NCBI GenBank assembly: GCA_963664875.1
Contig: OY761611.1
Span: 3,104,001 to 3,168,000 of the forward strand
Source of the DNA: Candidatus Kapaibacterium sp.
GTDB taxonomy: Bacteria > Bacteroidota > Ignavibacteria > Kapaibacteriales > UBA2268
Reading direction: 5' to 3'
Length of the DNA: 64,000 bases
This document shows, piece by piece, positions 58,709-64,000 of this stretch. The notes under the pieces were generated by a model. The model had not been told where the DNA came from. It did no database searches and saw only the letters and a list, made by a program, of their open reading frames with translations. Both the position numbers and the translations under genes were made by a program. Numbering within the stretch: the first letter of the stretch is position 1; every line of letters begins with the position of its first letter.

Positions 58709-60580
58709 ATGTACTTCCGACTTGAGAAATATCGAATTACAGTTTTTTTTGCAACTGCTTTGTTGACTATGCTATCCGCCGAAATATTGGGTTTGTCTTA
58801 CTTGCTTACCCTTGTTCTGATAGTTATATTTTCCATTACGGCATTAGTAGCATATTTCAGGAGCAAGTTGGATGTATCATTTTTAGTAATTGCTATTGCT
58901 TTGGGCTTGGGAGTGCATTTTGCGAACTATCAAAAGGTATTGGAGTTTCCGGAAAAAATGATTGAACCCGTTCCCGGTATGTTCAAAGGAGAAATTGTAG
59001 AAGTCTTACGTCAAAATGATAAAGTAGCACGAATTGTCTGCAATGGAGAGGCAAAATGCAAGTATTTTCCACATTTCAAAAACACAACACTTCTACTGAC
59101 TATCTTCAAACGGGATACTATAATTTACAGAACGGGTGCTGAGATTATAGGTAATTTGGAATTGCGTCAGCCTCGGCCGGCTGACTTACCCACAGATTTT
59201 GATGAAATAAGCTACCTAAAATCCATAGGAGCAGATTTTCTTGCATTTGCCTCCGACAGAAACATTGCGCAAACTGACTCTCCTGAGTATTTCGAATCTT
59301 TACGTGAAAATCTTTATAATGCTATTTATAATTTGCTTTATCAAAATATGCAAGCCGATAATGCCGCTATTGCTTATGCTTTAATAACAGGAGACAAAGC
59401 AAAAATACCATGGCAGATTAAAAGAGAGTTTGCAGTTGCCGGTACTGCTCACATACTTGCGGTAAGCGGTTTGCATGTTGGCATCATTGCAATGGCTATT
59501 TATGTTGTTCTTGGTTTTGTGTCCAATCCAAAGATAAAGTTGTCAGCATTTGTTATGCTTCTGTTCGCTTATATATGGCTTACCGGATTTCGGGTCACTG
59601 CTTTAAGAGCAGGAATAATGCTGGTGCTTTTTATGTATTTCAAACTTCGGCAAAGGCAGGTCGCTGCCATAAATATTATTTCAGCAGTAGCTCTTATCAA
59701 TATTCTAATACAACCGAGTGTAATTTACAATATCGGTTTCCAAATGTCGATACTTGCAATTAGTGGTATCGTGCTGTTCTATGGGAAAATAAGGAGTGGA
59801 TTGATTTCAGTATTCAAACTTGAGATTGGCGAATCCAATATTATAGTCAACTCACTGGCATTATCATTTGCCACATCGATTACACTATCTCCGCTTATAG
59901 CATATTATTTCAAAATCTTTTCCGGAGTAGGTTTTTTAGCAAATATTTTGGTTGTTCCTGCAGCTTTGGGAGCTCTTTCGTTTAGTGCCTTAGGCATCTT
60001 ACTCGATTTTATTTTTATCGGAAATATTTTTATAGCAGCAGCAGATATGATAATCAGCATTATGCTATTTATCAATCATATCATTACATCTTCGTTTGCT
60101 TTTTTGATATTTGAAACAGATGCTTTGATTCTTGCAACTGCCTTTACGGGGGTATTGCTGATTTTACTTTATATAAAGAATATCACCATGAAGGCTGTTT
60201 CCGCTCTCTTCGTTGCAGGTGTGGCTATTATGTCTTTGATTTATCAACAGAACAGTGCTAAGTTCTATAAAATATATCCTCGAGAGCAGCTTACCGCAGT
60301 AGAAATAAACGGAGGCGAAAGAACTATCTTCTTACTAAGCGAAAGGAAGCCGAACCAATATGCAAAACGCGATTTGGCTCTTGAGCAATATATCCTGTCA
60401 AAAAAAGGAGATGTATCCATTGCTATTACCGGAAACAGCGGAATTAAACTAACTGATATGATTAAAGACAGTCTTAACTTCAAAATTGTTGAATTAGACC
60501 ATTCTTCTCAGTTACTTATGGAAAAATCCTTAAATTTGCCTATCAGACTTTCTCAGATTATTGAATACAACTATGAATAA
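58709..60580 (+). CDS. comEC: ComEC/Rec2 competence protein
   Basis: ALITGDK...F..AGTAHILAVSGLHVG, LRAGIM, GFQMS, ANILVVP. Confidence 0.92.
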   Translation: MYFRLEKYRITVFFATALLTMLSAEILGLSYLLTLVLIVIFSITALVAYFRSKLDVSFLVIAIALGLGVHFANYQKVLEFPEKMIEPVPGMFKGEIVEVLRQNDKVARIVCNGEAKCKYFPHFKNTTLLLTIFKRDTIIYRTGAEIIGNLELRQPRPADLPTDFDEISYLKSIGADFLAFASDRNIAQTDSPEYFESLRENLYNAIYNLLYQNMQADNAAIAYALITGDKAKIPWQIKREFAVAGTAHILAVSGLHVGIIAMAIYVVLGFVSNPKIKLSAFVMLLFAYIWLTGFRVTALRAGIMLVLFMYFKLRQRQVAAINIISAVALINILIQPSVIYNIGFQMSILAISGIVLFYGKIRSGLISVFKLEIGESNIIVNSLALSFATSITLSPLIAYYFKIFSGVGFLANILVVPAALGALSFSALGILLDFIFIGNIFIAAADMIISIMLFINHIITSSFAFLIFETDALILATAFTGVLLILLYIKNITMKAVSALFVAGVAIMSLIYQQNSAKFYKIYPREQLTAVEINGGERTIFLLSERKPNQYAKRDLALEQYILSKKGDVSIAITGNSGIKLTDMIKDSLNFKIVELDHSSQLLMEKSLNLPIRLSQIIEYNYE

Positions 60581-61304
60581 TATAAAATTACTAACACCTG
60601 ATATTTTCCCGCAGGAAGTTTTTGCAGGAATTACATTAGCTAACAAAGACTCTTTTCCTCCACATGGTTTTTCCATTTTCCCCGGTAAAATTTTGCACGA
60701 TGACGAAGTAGAAAATCACAGGCACAGCCTTGCAGATTTGCTAAACGTAGAGCGAAAAGCTATGATATTTCAAAAGCAGGTACACACTGACGGCATAAAA
60801 CTTGTAAGCTTCGGTGAGCCAATTACTGAATCGGACGGTATGCTTTGCGGAGAAAAAGGCACAGTCCTAAATGTTACAGTAGCAGATTGCTGCGGTATAT
60901 TGATATTCGACCCTGTAAGCAAATCTATTGCTGCTCTGCATTCAGGCTGGAAAGGTACATCTTTGAACATTGCAGCGAAAGGAATAGCAAAGATGCAGGA
61001 AAATTTTGGCAGCCAACCGGATGATTTGCTTGTATGGCTTAGCCCCTGTACCGGAAAAGCAAATTACGAAGTCGAATGGGATGTTGCTCAGCATTTCAGC
61101 AACTTTGTAAGTAGAAAAAGCGAACATAAATATCTTTTAGATATTCGCGAACCTATTAAACAACAACTACTGGAAGCCGGCATTTCAGAATCCAATCTCC
61201 GAATAAGTACTGATTGTACCATAGCAGACCAAAGATTTCACTCATACCGCCGAGATAAAGAACTATCCGGCAGAATGAGTGCATTTATTCTGATAAAAGA
61301 GTAG
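60573..61304 (+). CDS. pgeF: Peptidoglycan editing factor PgeF (YfiH/laccase-domain)
   Basis: QVHT, VADCCGILIFD, ALHSGWKG, CT.....FHSYRRD..SGRM. Confidence 0.92.
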   Translation: MNNIKLLTPDIFPQEVFAGITLANKDSFPPHGFSIFPGKILHDDEVENHRHSLADLLNVERKAMIFQKQVHTDGIKLVSFGEPITESDGMLCGEKGTVLNVTVADCCGILIFDPVSKSIAALHSGWKGTSLNIAAKGIAKMQENFGSQPDDLLVWLSPCTGKANYEVEWDVAQHFSNFVSRKSEHKYLLDIREPIKQQLLEAGISESNLRISTDCTIADQRFHSYRRDKELSGRMSAFILIKE

Positions 61305-61311
61305 GGGAGAG

Positions 61312-61734
61312 CTACTCCGCAAACTCAAATCTGAAGTTTATATTTACTTCAGGAGCTAAGCTCTTGGAGACAGGGCAGGTTTTAACTACGTTTGAAAGTA
61401 GCTGAAAATCTTTTTCGTCTAATCGATGAGGAAAACGTATTACTATGTCGAACTGACCTATGCGTCGCGTCGGCTCTGATACCATTTCTTTGACTACAGA
61501 AACTTTCATGCCTTTAATATCGATGCCCTTTGCTTCTGCTTTTATGCCCATTATAGTCGAAATACAGGAAGCAATAGAAGCTCCTGCCAAATCCGTAGGT
61601 GATATATATCTTGCTTTTCCGTTGTTATCCAATGGTGCATCTGTCAGAAAAGAGTTGCCAGATGGTACGTGTGTGATTCTGCAGCTTAAATCACCAAGAT
61701 AATCCACATCTATTTGAACTGTATGTTTGCTCAT
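61312..61734 (-). CDS. OsmC family protein
   Basis: TDAPLDNNG....SPTDL...IASC ... CPV..SL. Confidence 0.92.
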   Translation of the reverse strand: MSKHTVQIDVDYLGDLSCRITHVPSGNSFLTDAPLDNNGKARYISPTDLAGASIASCISTIMGIKAEAKGIDIKGMKVSVVKEMVSEPTRRIGQFDIVIRFPHRLDEKDFQLLSNVVKTCPVSKSLAPEVNINFRFEFAE

Positions 61735-61747
61735 TTGTTTATCTCTC

Positions 61748-62536
61748 TTATATATAAAATTCTAATCCGTCGTACGCAAGATTTCTGCCTTTAGGTAAGC
61801 AGCTTTCAACATCACCGTGCTTAATTTGGTGTGCTATGTGCGTAAAATAAGTTTGTTTGATGCCCAGCTTCTCTGCGATGTCGAGAGATTCCCGAAGGCA
61901 GTAGTGGGTTTCGTGTTTCTCGTGTCTTAGAGCATCAATTATAAGATAGTCTTTGCCACGAAGCAATTCCATAGACTCTTCGGGGATAAAATTAGTATCT
62001 GTACAGTAAGCAAAATTATTCACAATGAAACCTATGACCTCCAATTTACCGTGAAGCAATCGTATTGGCATAAAGTCAATATCACCTATTCTGAATGGAA
62101 TGTACGGTTCTATGTGAATCATCTCTAGATGGGGCACTCCACCGCCTACCTGCTCCGGCTCCTCAAAAGCATATATAAATACCCGCTTTAATTCCTTAAA
62201 TGTTTTCGGAGTTGCATACACAGGCATTATCTGCTTATTGAAAAAATTCAATGGTCTTATATCGTCAAAGCCGCTAATGTGATCAAAATGATGATGCGTA
62301 AAAAGAATTGCATCAATCTTTCTGATTTTGTGTTTTAGCATCTGAGCTCTGAAGTCTGAGGATGTATCTATCAGCACAGTAGTGCTGTCTGATTGGATTA
62401 GAAGCGAACTTCTTGTGCGATTGTCTTTTGGGTCATCAGATGTGCAGGTTGGGCAGTCGCAAGCGATAGTCGGCACTCCCATCGAAGTGCCGCTACCCAA
62501 TACAGTAATTTTGATTTTAGAGGTGCTTGTGTGCAT
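61748..62536 (-). CDS. MBL-fold metallo-hydrolase (PhnP-like)
   Basis: LGSGTSMGVP...C.C..C.S.DPKD.R.RSS, THHHFDHISGFDD, AYCTD, THIAH, AYDG. Confidence 0.92.
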   Translation of the reverse strand: MHTSTSKIKITVLGSGTSMGVPTIACDCPTCTSDDPKDNRTRSSLLIQSDSTTVLIDTSSDFRAQMLKHKIRKIDAILFTHHHFDHISGFDDIRPLNFFNKQIMPVYATPKTFKELKRVFIYAFEEPEQVGGGVPHLEMIHIEPYIPFRIGDIDFMPIRLLHGKLEVIGFIVNNFAYCTDTNFIPEESMELLRGKDYLIIDALRHEKHETHYCLRESLDIAEKLGIKQTYFTHIAHQIKHGDVESCLPKGRNLAYDGLEFYI

Positions 62537-63383
62537 GGTAAGAACTCCTCACCAGTGGAGCAGATTCGACTATATCAAATCCCATCTCCAAACCAATTTC
62601 TTTATATTCATCAAAGCGACGAAGAGAAACATATTCCTCTACCGGCAAATGCTCCTTGGTAGGTTGCAGATACTGACCAATAGTCATAATATCAACATTG
62701 GCATTTCTGATTTCTCTCATTGCTTGTATTACTTCTTCTTTAGTTTCACCAAGTCCAACCATTATTCCGGTTTTAGTGCGGAAGCCTTTTTCTTTTGCCC
62801 ATCTGAGTACGTTGAGAGACTGATGAAAGTCTGCTTTCGGCCGCACTCTTTGGTAAAGACGTGGGACTGTTTCTACATTGTGATTTAGTACATCAGGTCC
62901 TGCAGCCAAGACAGTATAAAGAGCTTCCTTATCGCCTTGGAAATCAGGAATAAGTACTTCCATAGTTATCCCGGGATTTACTTCTTTAGTTCTTGCGATT
63001 ACTTTAGCCCAGTGCTCAGCACCACCATCTTTAAGGTCATCTCTTGTTACAGAAGTGATAACCACGTGCTTTAGCTCCATAGATTTGACTGTTTGAGCTA
63101 CATTATCTGGCTCGCTTTCGTCGGGGACTATAGGTTTACCGGTTTTAACAGCACAAAATCTACAGGCACGATTGCAAATATCACCAAGAATAAGAAATGT
63201 AGCAGTTTTCGAAGCCCAGCACTCCGACAAGTTAGGGCATTTTGCTTCCTGGCACACAGTGTGTAGCTTATGTCCGCTCATCAAAGTTTTGACTTCTTTA
63301 TAGTTTTCGCCGGATGGCGGAGTTATTTTTAACCAAGAAGGCCGACTTTGTCGTGCCGGCCTTTCGTGTTGAGGATTACTCAT
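62517..63383 (-). CDS. lipA: Lipoyl synthase
   Basis: CQEAKCPNLSEC and CNRACRFC clusters, TSVTRDDL, HNVETV, RSSYHA. Confidence 0.97.
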   Translation of the reverse strand: MSNPQHERPARQSRPSWLKITPPSGENYKEVKTLMSGHKLHTVCQEAKCPNLSECWASKTATFLILGDICNRACRFCAVKTGKPIVPDESEPDNVAQTVKSMELKHVVITSVTRDDLKDGGAEHWAKVIARTKEVNPGITMEVLIPDFQGDKEALYTVLAAGPDVLNHNVETVPRLYQRVRPKADFHQSLNVLRWAKEKGFRTKTGIMVGLGETKEEVIQAMREIRNANVDIMTIGQYLQPTKEHLPVEEYVSLRRFDEYKEIGLEMGFDIVESAPLVRSSYHAHKHL

Positions 63384-63392
63384 TTTAATATT

Positions 63393-64000
63393 TTACCCTA
63401 AATAAGATCTCAAAGATTTAGATCTTGAAGCGTGGCGCAACCTGCGAATAGCTTTTTCTTTGATTTGTCTAACACGTTCGCGTGTCAAACCAAATTTTTC
63501 GCCGATTTCTTCTAATGTGAGGCACTGATCTTCAAGTCCAAAATACAATTTGATAACTTCACTTTCTCTGGTAGAAAGAGTTGTAAGTACCTGCTGCACT
63601 TCGCGTTTCAATGATTCGCGAATCAGCTCAGAGTCTGGTGGTGGTTGCTGTTCGTTAGGGAGCACGTCAAGCAGACGGTTATCTTCACCCTGAACAAAAG
63701 GAGCATCCACAGAAAGATGGCGTCCTGAAATTTTGATAGTTTCAGCGATTTCGGAAACGCTCATATTAAGCTCGTCTGCAAGCTCAGCTGCAGTCGGTTC
63801 TCTTTCGAATTCCTGTTCTAATTCGCTAAACTTCTTACCAATTTTATTCAGAGCACCTACTCTGTTGAGCGGAAGTCTTACAATACGAGATTGTTCAGCT
63901 AATGCCTGCAATATCGATTGGCGAATCCACCAAACAGCATAAGAGATAAATTTGAAACCACGAGTCTCATCAAATCTTTTTGCAGCTTTGATTAGACCTA
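63393..64000 (-). CDS. rpoD: Primary-type sigma-70 factor (RpoD/SigA), 5' end outside the window
   Basis: Frame open to the window edge: [43 protein letters not shown]...[21 protein letters not shown]. Confidence 0.93.
   Translation of the reverse strand, partial: GLIKAAKRFDETRGFKFISYAVWWIRQSILQALAEQSRIVRLPLNRVGALNKIGKKFSELEQEFEREPTAAELADELNMSVSEIAETIKISGRHLSVDAPFVQGEDNRLLDVLPNEQQPPPDSELIRESLKREVQQVLTTLSTRESEVIKLYFGLEDQCLTLEEIGEKFGLTRERVRQIKEKAIRRLRHASRSKSLRSYLG

Noticed and set aside
62382-62888. 168-aa plus-strand ORF and the other short ORFs nested in or antisense to long genes
   Set aside because: Fully overlapped by well-supported genes (lipA, MBL hydrolase, etc.) and lacking motifs

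Overview
AT-rich chromosomal window from an FCB-group bacterium, inferred to be Ca. Kapabacteria or Ignavibacteria-like. The inference rests on T9SS C-terminal sorting domains, TTTG-N20-TAnnTTTG promoters and the efp-accB-accC synteny. The window is mostly housekeeping: rpsP, ffh, tRNA-Leu/tRNA-Cys, efp, accBC, gcvH, waaA, folP, pepA, pbpC, xerC, rpmE, rpsR, korAB, comEC, pgeF, lipA and a partial rpoD. It also holds five T9SS cargo genes and small accessory patches (Mrr, a truncated RhuM, hypotheticals). The most notable observations are: (1) an ECF sigma factor paired with an apparent dual-membrane-spanning anti-sigma (N-terminal anti-sigma, TM helix, disordered linker, C-terminal beta-barrel), with a candidate promoter motif shared by the downstream lipoprotein gene and a distant TonB gene; (2) two cases of a ~2 kb unit flanked by direct repeats of a gene 3' end (48 bp perfect; 193 bp with 8 mismatches); (3) a head-to-head deletion scar fusing TonB and TonB-receptor pseudogenes; (4) a GGTT|AACC palindrome family in empty, filled and in-frame forms; (5) an ORF-track-missed 55-aa bL38/DUF4295-like gene heading an operon of L31 and S18 that lack the zinc-binding Cys motifs. 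No CRISPR array, rRNA, transposase or reverse transcriptase was seen. All calls are by eye; no searches were run.
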